Shown: piece by piece, positions 1 to 11,663 of the stretch | Numbering within the stretch: position 1 is the stretch's first letter | How the letters are laid out: each line of letters opens with the position of its first letter | Assembly: GCA_951406725.2 (NCBI GenBank) | Contig: OX597827.1 | Location: 35,774,001 to 35,838,000, forward strand | Length of the DNA stretch: 64,000 nt | Direction: 5' to 3' | Source: Octopus vulgaris | Taxonomy: Eukaryota | Translations under genes and position numbers: made by a program | The notes under the pieces: model-generated | Databases searched by the model: none | What the model was told of the DNA's origin: nothing | Seen by the model: only the letters and a program-made list of their open reading frames with translations

Positions 1-59
1 AACAATATACCCAACTATTTGCCACACACCCCAAAAATACTCATACAACTTGCAATCCT

Positions 60-990
60 ATAGATAGAATTGCATCCCTAATATCATAAAGAAAACTAAA
101 CTCTGCATCACCACCCCAGATTATCTAATAAAAGCGGGAGACCTTACTTTGATATACCCTGCCTTCTCCTTAAATGTTAAGAGATTACGTGAGCAATTTT
201 TTACCATTATCAAATCTAATTTTCCACCCCACCATAAGTACCATTCTATCTTTAATCAGTCCACCCTTAAGTTATCTTACTCCTCTGCACCTAACATAAA
301 ATCCATCATTGTCATACCTAATAACGGCAAGCTTAATAGGCATCGCCAACCAAACACTACTAAGGAGAATAATAAATATAGCAATAATAGCGAACAATAA
401 TAATGAAACCACTTCTAATCACCTCTGATAGGCAGTCTCAACAGTTGCAGTTCAAACTAGAATTTTAGTGGTAAAACTAACAGAGCACGCATAGTACATA
501 CCAATTACTTTACACCATAATTGTATTATTTACCTATAACTATTATTTATTTGATCGTGGAGCTACCTAAGGCATACATATTTTATTCTGATCCTTCCCC
601 CATTTTTGACAACCTGGAATATACTAATATCCTTGACTGGCGACATTCCCTCATTTTTACATCTCTCTGCCTTTTCCTTCTCTGATGATGGATACTCAGC
701 TTATGGAATCCTTATTCAATGGTTATCTACATGCCCGGCTATTCTAGAAACAGCTGTAAGAGACTATGTATGTTTATATTCTCTATCTAAATTAAATGTC
801 TTTTTTACATGATGCCAATCGTTCTGCTTTTTCATTTTTACTTTAATCTATATCTACCTGCTCAAAGAGAAACCATTTCTAGCTGCCTCTGATAGGCATC
901 TCAGCATCACACCTTCAGTTGCAGTTCAAACTGGGGTTTTAGTGATACACCTGAGTACTCATAGTACACACCTGTTACTTGACGTCAGTT
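60..990 (+). mobile_element. Penelope-like element remnant (linker fragment plus 3' pseudo-LTR region)
   Basis: ORF 149-400 has FFTIIKSNFPPHHKYHSIFNQSTLKLSYSSAPNIKSII, a PLE post-RT motif also present at ~5460-5600. It is followed by a ~95 bp imperfect direct repeat (422-515 / 886-980) bracketing a hammerhead motif. Confidence 0.7.
677..763 (+). ncRNA. Type I hammerhead ribozyme motif (PLE-associated)
   Basis: ttct-CTGATGA(682-688)-tgga...tcta-GAAA(747-750)-cagctg (palindromic stem III)-TA-agag. Core intact; stems I and II are short with G-U pairs. Confidence 0.7.
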
Positions 991-1050
991 GACGAAAACT
1001 TCTTATACATTCTGTCTGTCTGTGTGTGTGTGTGTGTGTGTAATTTTTGC

Positions 1051-1352
1051 GGAGGCGCAATGGCCCAGTGGTTAGGGCAGCGGAATCGCCGTTGTAAGAA
1101 GGCGATTTCGATTCCCAGACCAGGTGTTGTGAGTGTTTATTGAGCGAAAACACCTAAAGCTCCACGAGGTTCCGGCAGGGGGTTGTGGCGATCCCTGCTG
1201 TTCTCTTTCGCCACAACTTTCTCTAACTCTTTCTTCTGTTGGCCTGCTCGCTTAGCCAGCGAAGTGGCATCATCTGAAGGCTAAAACAATGTGAAGCGCA
1301 TTGTGACCAGCGATGTGTAGCAATATCTAATAGCCTGGTCGATCACAATGAT
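1051..1352 (+). mobile_element. tRNA-derived SINE
   Basis: A-box-like tggcccagtggttagg and B-box-like ttcgattccc, followed by a non-tRNA body. A related head occurs at 39118. Confidence 0.75.
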
Positions 1353-1639
1353 ATAATTTTTGCATTTGATTTGCAAGATTCTTGATGTGAATTCGTGTGT
1401 TGAAACAAATCTAGTGTCTAGTTAAGGTCATTATGCCAATAAAAATTAAAATAAACACACGCACTGGTTCCATACCATATCACTATTTTAACAACTAACT
1501 ATTCAATTGATTGTTTTATTTATTAATTGTACAATCAATTCGGGGTTATTTTCTGTTAGAGTCCTTTCATAGCTATTCGTGATCTCTTCAATGACAAGCA
1601 CTCATTGTAAAAGGTTTGCTTTGAGTCATTCTGAGAACC

Positions 1640-2030
1640 AGTCTTATGTGTATATACGGATGTGTTTGTATGTAGATGTGTGAGTGTTTATTTATGTGCG
1701 TACGTTGTGGTATGCGTGTGTATGGGTGTGGTGTAGCCGGTTGTTTTTTTAATAGATAAGCATCTGTATGTATATTTGCAATGTGTGCATTCTTGTGTGC
1801 GTGTGTCTTTCCGTGTATGTGCGTATGTGTACGCGCATGTGCAATCATGTGCGTGTGCTTGTGCAAGTCTGTGCGTGCGATCATGTGTGTGTGTGTGTGC
1901 GATCATGTGTGTGTGTGTGTGTGCACGTGGATGTGTATGTGTGGTTGTATGTTCATTTATGTGTGTTTTTGTGTGTACATACGTATGCATGGATGTGTAC
2001 AGTTGTGCATTGGAATGTCCATAATTACAT
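1640..2030. repeat. Degenerate (TG)n/(TGTA)n low-complexity tract
   Basis: Seen directly; it explains the overlapping Cys/Val and His/Thr ORFs. Confidence 0.9.
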
Positions 2031-2484
2031 GTATTTATCGTTATGAATTTCTGTGTATCCTGCTGTCATAAAAATATTGTCCTATATACCTACCTATACC
2101 CTCTCATACCCTGCCACCCACACGGCCACACACACGTACGCACACACTTGTATATATTGCGCATGTGTTGCGTAAATAGAGGCAGTAGTGTAATTGTTCT
2201 ATTATAATGTACACTGTCTATTTAGTATTGGCATTGTCTCACGTATGCATGTCTCGTAACGGTGAGCCTCTTGACTGTTTAGACGAGATTTCGAGATTTC
2301 GGTTCTAATTTGATTCAGAATGCCGCTGTGTTGATTTTTGCCATGTTGGTAGAGGATCGACGACTGTTTCTTGTCATTCTCGTCGGTGTTCATTTAGCTT
2401 GTAACGGCGTATTGATTAGTAAACAATATTATGAAATGTCGGAGTCAGCAGTTGTAACGATAAAGATTTGCTGTTATAATTGCA

Positions 2485-3033
2485 TGTTGTAAGATGAGAA
2501 AGATGAACAATGCATGAAGTTTTAAGAAAGTATTTATTTACCGTTACGTCGTAATACCTTGTCTCGACGGGCAGGTTGATAAATCCAAAAGCATGCGAAA
2601 GTTAGAAGCGTTAGAGTGTTTGAGCTTGGGTTCTCTTCATTGTTTAGTAGTAATTGCTGAGACAGATAGAATGATGTTGTAAGAGAACAGAATTAGGGTT
2701 AGAAAGAATTGTAGGGTGTTGTCTCAGTTGCTTTCTCCCTCTGACCAAGGTTGATCAGCCAGACCTCGTTGAGTCGTCACCGACTGTGACTAACTGATTT
2801 TTGCTTGGGATGCGCTGGCTTATATAACTACCCAGAAGGATAGATATACTATTGAAAACAGTATATTTAGTTGGTGGTCTTGTTATCTCTCTTCTAGCTT
2901 TTGGTGAAGTAGAAGAGGTTAGAAAGAGTCAAGTGGTGAAAACATTATTTCGGCCTAGCTAAAGGCATCTGGAAGATGTAAAACTGCTGTCAGAGAAAAT
3001 CCATTGTTCCATCGAAGGAAAAGCTCTGTAGCA
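2485..3033 (-). mobile_element. Possible solo LTR
   Basis: ~550 bp TG...CA segment with a minus-strand TATA-like motif (~2820) and AATAAA (~2533). The TSD is not clean. Confidence 0.3.
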
Positions 3034-3207
3034 GTGTTAATTTAAATTTGGCTGTGGTGGATCGAATCGACTTTATGCTTGCAAAATCCACTACAAGCTT
3101 CTCAGGTAAACTCATGCTGTATTCTGGTCCCAACAATCACCTTCCATACATTTTATATGGCAGACTACATTCCTGGTCTTACAGTTAATACAAAAGTTAA
3201 ACGTTAT

Positions 3208-3315
3208 CATACATACATACACACATACACACATACATACATACATACATACATACATACATACATACATACATACATACATACATACATACATACATAC
3301 ATACATACATACATA
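3208..3315. repeat. (CATA)n microsatellite
   Basis: Seen directly. Confidence 0.95.
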
Positions 3316-3575
3316 GAGGAAATCCACTCCATAAATATCAAAACCCGCAAAAGCCTGACAACAGCTAGGAACCTCCACAGAAACAGTGATGTTGACAGGC
3401 TCTATCTAAGAAGAAATGAAAGTGGTAGAGGCCTGATATCAGTGCAGACGGCTTTTGAATGCCGTATGATATCACTCAAGCAGCACTTGCTAAACAACAG
3501 CAGCAAAAATAAATATATTAATGCAGTGCTGAAAAGTGAAGTAACATTGTACGAGTTGGCTGTGAACTCTTCAAG
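3316..3575 (+). mobile_element. R4/Dong-type non-LTR retrotransposon fragment (post-RT region)
   Basis: KTRKSLTTARNLHRNSDVDRLYLRRNESGRGL matches the R4-clade KTRKLLT..HP.SDVDRLYL.R..GGRGL motif. It abuts the microsatellite. Confidence 0.8.
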
Positions 3576-4889
3576 AAACACTCTCTTCTTTTATAAATTA
3601 CGAAATGCAGTTTGTGCCCGGACGAAATATTCTAGATACCAGTTATTAAATAGCAGTAAGGAATCAGCCCTAAAATGTACGCACATTCACAGAAAATCAT
3701 TTGAATATTTCCCTAGATAAGATTTTTAATTCAGTAAATACCACGGAGATTGAAGAAGTTGGGGTTGGTAAATATTAGTACAATACGTAGTTTGCCTATA
3801 TCCTAGCAGTAATTCTTCTCCAAATAAATAGTACTCTTGGTATGTAAAACATCACATATAAAATAATTTATTCTCTGTTCTATATTCTATAAGATGGTTT
3901 CTACATGTAAATTATTTTTGACTTAGTGACCTTTACTTGTACACATCTATCTCTGAATTATTTTCCTTTTTACTCCGATTAAGGCTAGTGGACGAGAAAC
4001 ACAAACCTAATTTGGGATCTGGTATTTACGATTCGAATTTCAAATCTTAGGGCAAACAGAGGTTCATCGTGATAACCGTTTTTAAAGCTGTATCAGGTTT
4101 CTAAATGTTCCTCTCTAATTCTTTACACTGAAAAAATACCATCTCCTACCAAATATAACACTAGCTAAATCAACATATTTTTAGTTCGCTTCAAGCCACA
4201 GCAGTGTGCAACACCCTGAATAAAACTGCATGGACTCTGCGATGAAAGTAGCTCAGACAGTATTTTTTAACACTAGTGCTTTAGCAAAATCCTCAGGCTG
4301 TGCCCACGTGGAATAACAAGCTAAAAACTGGACGATGAGATGAGAGAAAAAATGAGAAAAGGGGAGAAGGAAATAGATGTAAAAGGTAGAAGGTTGAAAA
4401 ACCGGAAAGCGAAGAAGAAAACAAAGAAGCAAAAGGGAAGAATTAGTTAGGTCCCCTTTGACTGTAAATTCATAAGGCTGCAAGCATAGTGGCCCAAAGT
4501 CTGCGTTACAGCTGTTCAATCCAGAGACAGTGATATTTTCCAATTTGCCAACAGGAATTTATCCATATATTTACAACTGTTGATAATTTCAGATCTAGAA
4601 TTCAGCAGTGTGGTAGAGCTCTTAGACCTGAAAAGGGCTTGTGTTCTTTCAGTGACACATAGCTAACTTTTTTTTGGTCCGTTGACATATGGTGTGGATT
4701 TTTCAACTATTTTCTACTTTATTGTATGTATGTATGTATGTATGTATGTATGTATGTATGTATGTATATATGTATATGCACCACACATTTATAGATTGAC
4801 TGACGGACAGACAAACTGGCAGACACATAGATGGCTGGCTGGATCGATATGTATGTGAGTATATATATATATATACTATATATACATAC

Positions 4890-4978
<89 letters not shown>

Positions 4979-5009
4979 CATATATATATATATACACACA
5001 CAAATCTAT

Positions 5010-5376
5010 CAGCAATAGAGGAAATATTTAATGACCATGCCGCCTATTACAACCAAGCACTTACAGCTAGCGGCCTCTCACTAAAAATTACGTTCTTATC
5101 TCACACTAGACTTTAAAAATATCTATCACAACTACATTTCAAGCCGACATCCTCAATAACAAGAATGCAACATCCCCCGCAGTTGACAGAGATACTCAAC
5201 CTCCCATAAAGAACCATAAAGAGCGTAAAACGCGGCATATTTATTCACCTCCTACACACCCATATAATACTCATGCTAAAATACCAACTCCAATTAGAAA
5301 AAATGATTACGCACCCCCACCCCAGATTACCCAATAAAAGCAGACGGAAAACAATATAATTTGGTATACTACCCTC

Positions 5377-5408
<32 letters not shown>

Positions 5409-5882
5409 TACACATGCACACACACACACATACACACACAGTTCTCTTTAAACGTTAAGTGCTCAGCCTGGCTCTTTTTCGACATCATAAATTCCAACTT
5501 CCCTGCTACAATAAGTACCATTCTATCTTTAACAGATCCACTCTCAAATTATCCTACTCTTCACAGCCTAATATTGAATCTATCATAGCCTCATCAAACA
5601 AACACAAACTTAATAAGTGTTACCAAAATAACAATTCTAAGGAGAATATTAAATATGAATATAATAAATGTAATAATATTGATTATAACAGTAGGAGTAA
5701 TAATAATATTAATATTAACCTTAACAGCAGAAACGACAATAACCTTAATACCATCATTGACGAGAACTGTTTTGAGGATAGTTTCATTACTTTGGCAAAC
5801 AGCCGTCCTAATGAAAGTAATAATTACTGTTATAATACAATTAGCAGTACCATTAATAATATCGATAATAAGGATAATGCTA

Positions 5883-5939
<57 letters not shown>

Positions 5940-6114
5940 GTCCTTTCTACTACAGACACAAGGCCTAAAATTCGACCCCAGTGTTTCGTTGGTACTTAAT
6001 TTATTGCCCCCGAAAGAATGAAAGGCAAAGCTGACCTCGGCCGAATTTGAACTCAGAACGTCAGAACGGACGAAATACTGCTAAGCATTTTGCCCAGCAT
6101 GCTAACGATTCTGC

Positions 6115-6145
<31 letters not shown>

Positions 6146-7300
6146 GTGTTATCGTGTACATTGTTTTGTCTTGGTATAAAAGATGGGCTACAGCAAATAT
6201 TCTGCTCAATACCACAGATTTGCTTGTCAGTTGTTTGACCTTAACCAGTTGAGCATGTCCCTTAGTGGCTGACGATATGTGCATCTCTGATCACGAGCAG
6301 AAGTAGTGGGGGAGCATCATAGCCATGTGTTGAGAAGGATTCTTTGGGGTTTGAATAATTCACCTCTGGAAACATGGGTGGTTCTTTCAACATCCTTAAA
6401 CAACCCTTATTCAGAGACCTTTTGAGCGGGATGGGCTACTCAACCTGAAGAAAATTCTAACTGGGCCCCTCCTGCAAGGTCATGTGCTGTTTATCTTGAT
6501 ATGAGATCACCATGTCGCGCACATATGGTTGTGATGCATGTGCCTGGTGTACCCTTATCAGACGGGTAGTCATGATGGGTATATTGGGCTTCGTATATTT
6601 TACCCCAGTGTCACTTTGATGGCATGCACTGCTCTCTCACTCAATAATAATAATAATAGCAGCAGCAATACGTCTAGTACCAACCAAAATAATAGACTTT
6701 GAGGCAAACCAACGGCATACTACTGCCCTTAATCTTTCCCATAAATCTAGATATCTATGATCTCATTTATTAAGCAATACATTATAGGTACAAACGATAT
6801 TGATAACAGTGAAAACGCTGGGAACGGACTGAGTGGAACTACTCTAAACCCTAGCGTGCCCTCTAATAGTACAGCATCCATTCCATATACGGGTCTAATT
6901 GCAACTGAAAATCTAGGAATGAATGCCCTTTGCAAACTCATTGTAGAAGGTTTAACGTTTTCTGCAAATGTTCATAACACACTTCACAATTCTACTAGGT
7001 ACTATATAAGATCTACAATTATTTTCAAGCATCAAAATTCGGCCCATTTAAATTTGTCTAAGTATGAAGAGTATAGCAAGTCTACCATTCTAGCTGACCA
7101 CGTGCATTACCTTAATAAAATGAAAATTCCTTAAAATATATCCTGGTCTATAATTGATTCAGGTCTCCTATACCTGGGCCAGCGCACTACTTGTTGACTA
7201 TGCATAGAAGAATCCTTACACACATTGTTGCATAACCCTACACTGTTACTTAATAAGCATCACGAAGCATTCTCCACCTGTACACACAATCCTACAGATT
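5010..7300 (+). mobile_element. Degenerate Penelope-like element (RT C-terminus, Asn-rich linker, GIY-YIG endonuclease) with nested insertions
   Basis: HAAYYNQAL, IWYYPP-[(CA)n]-FSLNVK, IFNRSTLKLSYS, then YYIRST..F....H.....STILADHV...ISWSII...C.LC..E. Carries stops and frameshifts. Confidence 0.8.
6144..6642. mobile_element. Interspersed ~500 bp repeat embedded in (TAA)n; second copy at ~20027-20440
   Basis: Two clearly homologous copies in the window, each next to (TAA)n or (CAA)n tracts. Confidence 0.75.
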
Positions 7301-8035
7301 TTTCCATAGATCTAAGGGTAAAAAGCCAACGCTTCTGATTATCACTAAAATCTGACTTAGACATTTTACTTATCCAACACTTCCACATACATAACCGTTT
7401 TTACCGTTATTAAGTGAACAGCACTAAACCTCTCCTTGGGACCATAGTTCCTCTGCAAGCCTCATTAACAATGTATCTTCATTACCGCTACGGACACTCA
7501 TTTTTAATTTTAATCTTCATTTTAATTTTAAGCGTTAACTTAATTTTAATTTAATTTTTTATTTATTTTTACTTATTATTTTATTTTATTTTTATAACAT
7601 TATGTCTTAACCTTAGTTTTTTTTTTTTATTCCGCAAATCTTAAATCTTTTCTTTACTAGTTGTCATCTATTTCTAGCATTTCTTAGTGGCTAGATAACC
7701 CTACGTATCCACACACCCCACCGAGTAAAATTTGACCACCCGCTATAGATTTCTCTATTATCTTTCTTATGTCCACTTTATTACCTAAAATCCCGCTCCC
7801 ATTGATACCCTCCCCTGTACTTATGGCATCTGCCTTATTTTTCCATTATCTGTCGGTTTTTACATTTGCCTCACCCCTTTAATTTCTTTGGATGGAAATG
7901 CCAGTTTACTAACTCATTGCACTCCCTCTAATTTCTCTAGACAAAAATACCCCTCAATATACTACTTAATATATACCTACTATATACCTATTTAGTATAT
8001 ACCTACTATAATGCCCTTATTTATTTATCTACCTA

Positions 8036-8266
8036 TTTCTTTACTACCCACAAGGGGCTAAACACAGAGAGGACAAACAAGGACAGACAAACGGATTAAG
8101 TCGCTTATATCGACCCCAGTGTGTAACTGGTGCTTATTTAATCGACTCCGAAAGGATGAAAGGCAAAGTCGACCTCGACGGAATTTGAACTCAGAACATA
8201 ACAGCAGATGAAATACCGCTAAGCATTTCGCCCAACGTGCTAACGATTCTGCCAGCTCGCCGCCTT
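8036..8266 (-). mobile_element. Full-length tRNA-derived SINE with Tx1-like 3' tail
   Basis: Minus strand reads aaggcggcgagctggcagaatcgttagc...gagttcaaattcc...tttcatcctttcgg.gtcga...gccccttgtgggtagtaaagaaat. Similar copies at 53586-53816 and 29800-29944. Confidence 0.85.
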
Positions 8267-9020
8267 ATTTATTTATCTACCTATCTTTCTCATACTAGAA
8301 TGTATTATTTATTTTTCTCCCTTCTCTCTGGACTGAATACCCCACGATATATCGAACAGTATATACCTAATAAAATGTTCTTACCTATTTATCTTTCCTC
8401 CCACCAGAATGTATCATTTATTCCTCCTCTTAGTTTTCGCAAAACTTTGGAACTGCTAGACTGAATGCCGCTCTATATACTAAATAGTATATATATATCT
8501 CATACAAACCTCTTACCTATCTATCTTTTCTCTCATCAGAATGTAGTTTTATTCCTCCTCTCAGTGTTTGAATAACTTTGGAATAGGAACTGCTAGCATG
8601 CATTTTCCCTCAATATGTAGTACTTCATAACCATTCTTTATTTCCTCTCACTATGTTGTATTACCTAACCATCCTTTCTGATTTTGAATTTACCTAAAGA
8701 AAACCCGATCTAACGTGCCTGTGTGTGTTATTCGTTATATTAATGAAAAATATTTTTCTTCCTTCCTCTTGCTTTAGAGAAAGTAGTCTTGTGGACTGGG
8801 TCCAGTGATTCCAGTACTGCAGTTATTGGTAAGTTAAGTTGATTTGTTATTTCAATTCTTCTGTTTGTCTATTTCTATTTTTAAATTTTTCTGTCACTCA
8901 CATACCATTCTCATTGTTCGTTTGTCTTTTTCCTTTATAACATGATTTGTAAATATTTCATTATCACTCAATGAATTCATCATTGATATCCCATATGTCT
9001 TTTAAATCAGACAAATGAAA

Positions 9021-9107
<87 letters not shown>

Positions 9108-10761
9108 CTGTGCGTACGTGCATGTGCTATGCTGTGTGATGGAGGCTAATGATACGATCATGAAGGAGATCATGTAGATGCAGACCATCACATATCTACA
9201 AAACCCTAGTGAATATTGATATTTAAGGTGAAATATATTTGAGAAAACAAAATAAAATTTGTTGGGAGTCAATCGTAGGAAAATTGTCTTTAAATTATCT
9301 TTTTTCTCTATTTCTTTCACTTTAGATTGTGTATTATTCTAAGCTTATATTATTCCCTTGTCATTTAGCCAGTGCCCATCCATTTCCCACTCTCATATTA
9401 TTCAAAATATTTTGCTATTACTCAGAGTCAAAATGCTTATTAGTATCTGGACATTATTGAAAGGTTAGCAATATTCCTAGAAATCGATCTATTGTTATAC
9501 AATATCTAGCCATTGTCCTTTTTCCAAATATTGCGAAGCATTTCCAGATTACCTGATATCTAACTATATCTATGCAAAACTCAGATATTCGTACTTAGTT
9601 ATCATCTCAGCTATTTACCCAACCCCTAAATACTAAATATTACTTCTAAGTGACTTATTACTCCGCGCAGTTATTTTTTCAAATATCACTCCTAAAAACA
9701 TCTTGAGAAATCATTTATTATCCAGACCTGATATAGAGGGCTACCAAACCAAATGAAGATCACTATCAAACTCTTGTATGAACGTCTAATAATATTATCC
9801 AATTGCTATTTGTTGTCAGTCATTTTCAAACAGATGGTATTTATATTTCTATTAATTTTACCGTAATGTATTGTACAGATAAATATCATTGCCTGTTTAA
9901 ACACCCAGAATGCTATAATACTTTGTGTCTGCCATATCCGTATGTTTAAGTACTTCCTTTCTATTAATCCCTGTGCATCGACAGCTTTACATGTTCATAC
10001 ACATGCGCTCACACACGCACACACACACACATGTATATACACACGTGTCATGTACATATGGGTAAATGTGTACAATGGTAAAATCCTTTCCATGATTATA
10101 AATTGCACTGGATCCAAGCGTTTATCCCACTTTGTGCAAAAGGTCCCTACTAAACGTCGCTAACAATCCAAACTTATTTCAGTTTGCCATCATACGTATT
10201 GTATAGTGAAACTGTACCCCCCTCCCAGTAAAAAGTGGTAGTAGCCAGCCATTAGCCGGTCGACAGAGAGATGGTTAGAAGGTCGAGGGTACGCGTAGAC
10301 TGTGTTGATAGTCGTGTCTATGCTGACATAGTAATTATACTGTGATACTGAGTGGACGTTATGTCGATCCAGCCAGATAGAACCATTCTATCGACTTTGG
10401 AATATAATAATAATATCTGTCAGAGCAACAGCTGTCGTCAAAAGACAGATACAAAATGGATTTTCAAATAGGAAATGCTTTACATGTCTATTTAACGAGT
10501 ACAACTTTGCAATTCCTATTAGTAAATGAAAAACGTGTAATGGTGAATAAATAATACCAATAAATTCCATTTTCCCGTTTTGTTGTATAATAATTCCGAA
10601 AATAGTATTTCTATAATTCTCAATTTTAATTACTAACTTACATAAGCAACTGTGACCGCATATTGGATTGTAATAATGGAATAAGCAGATGAGCTTCAAG
10701 AAGAAACGTTTGGGATTACCTAAACTACCAATAGATATAGTGAGAATTTACAAACACACAT

Positions 10762-10863
<102 letters not shown>

Positions 10864-10884
10864 GCATACATATAGCTACATATA

Positions 10885-11662
10885 CAGCGGTTGGACAAAA
10901 TAATGGAAACACATAGCATCATCGCATCATAATTATGAAATATCTATAAAACCGTCAAAAGCTTCTTTATTTTTATGTTTTTTTTAAATTTATTATTAGT
11001 GTTGGTTAACATGTTTTGCTAAAATTGCTGTTTCTTTTCAGATATCATTAGAGAAAGGTAATTAAAATTCATTAAATTGACAGATCTATCGGACTTTCAA
11101 AGAGGTGAAATTGTTGGTGCTCGTATGGCAGGCGCTAGCGTAACGAAAACAGCTGAAATGTTTGGTATATCAAGAAGTACTATCTCGAAAGTAATGACAG
11201 CCTTTGAGAAAGAGGGAAAAACTTCATCATCGAAACAAAACTCCGGAAAAAATCAAAACTTTCAGATAGGGACCGTCGGACTCTTACGCGAATTATTAGA
11301 AAAGATCACAAAAGTACAGCTCCCAAAATTAATGCACAGCTGAATGATCACTTCGAGAACCCAGTTTCCACAAAAACTGTTCGCCGGGAGCTGCACAAAG
11401 CTTGATTTCAAGGGAGGGCTGCAATCAGAAAACCACTACTTTCAAAAACAAACGTTACAAAGCGTTTAGAGTGGAGTAAAAACCTACAGAATTGTTCCCT
11501 AGAGCAGTGGAAGAATGTTATTTTCTCGGACGAGTCATCCTTTACCTTATTTCCGACCACCGGCCGCGTGTACGAGTGGAGACAGCCAAAATAAGCATTT
11601 GACCCAGATTGCCTTCTTCCAACTGTTAAACATGGTAAAGGATTTGTGATGATCTGGGGGCT
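10885..11662 (+). mobile_element. Tc1-family transposon, 5' half (pseudogenised transposase), cut off at a Tx1 LINE
   Basis: TA|CAGCGGTTGGACAAAATAATGGAAAC terminus; HTH region (DLSDFQRGEIVGAR...GISRSTISKV); frameshifted W..VIFSDES and TVKHG.G.VMIWG. No right half found. Confidence 0.9.
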
Positions 11663-11663
11663 A

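Noticed and set aside
1051-1125. tRNA-like sequence (also 39118)
   Set aside because: No full cloverleaf; it continues into a SINE body.
1588-2071. Many overlapping 60-120 aa ORFs rich in HT/CV/YI/I/N (also near 4.7, 10.7, 17.7, 21.4 and 28 kb)
   Set aside because: They are translations of microsatellites with no domain content.
4620-4700. CTGAAAA-gggc...gtcc-GTTGA-catatg, a hammerhead-like order with a palindrome
   Set aside because: GAAA and UH are absent and stem I is unconvincing.
8687-8835. aatttac-CTAAAGA ... gtaagtt pairing in a PLE 3' region
   Set aside because: No GAAA core after the putative stem II.
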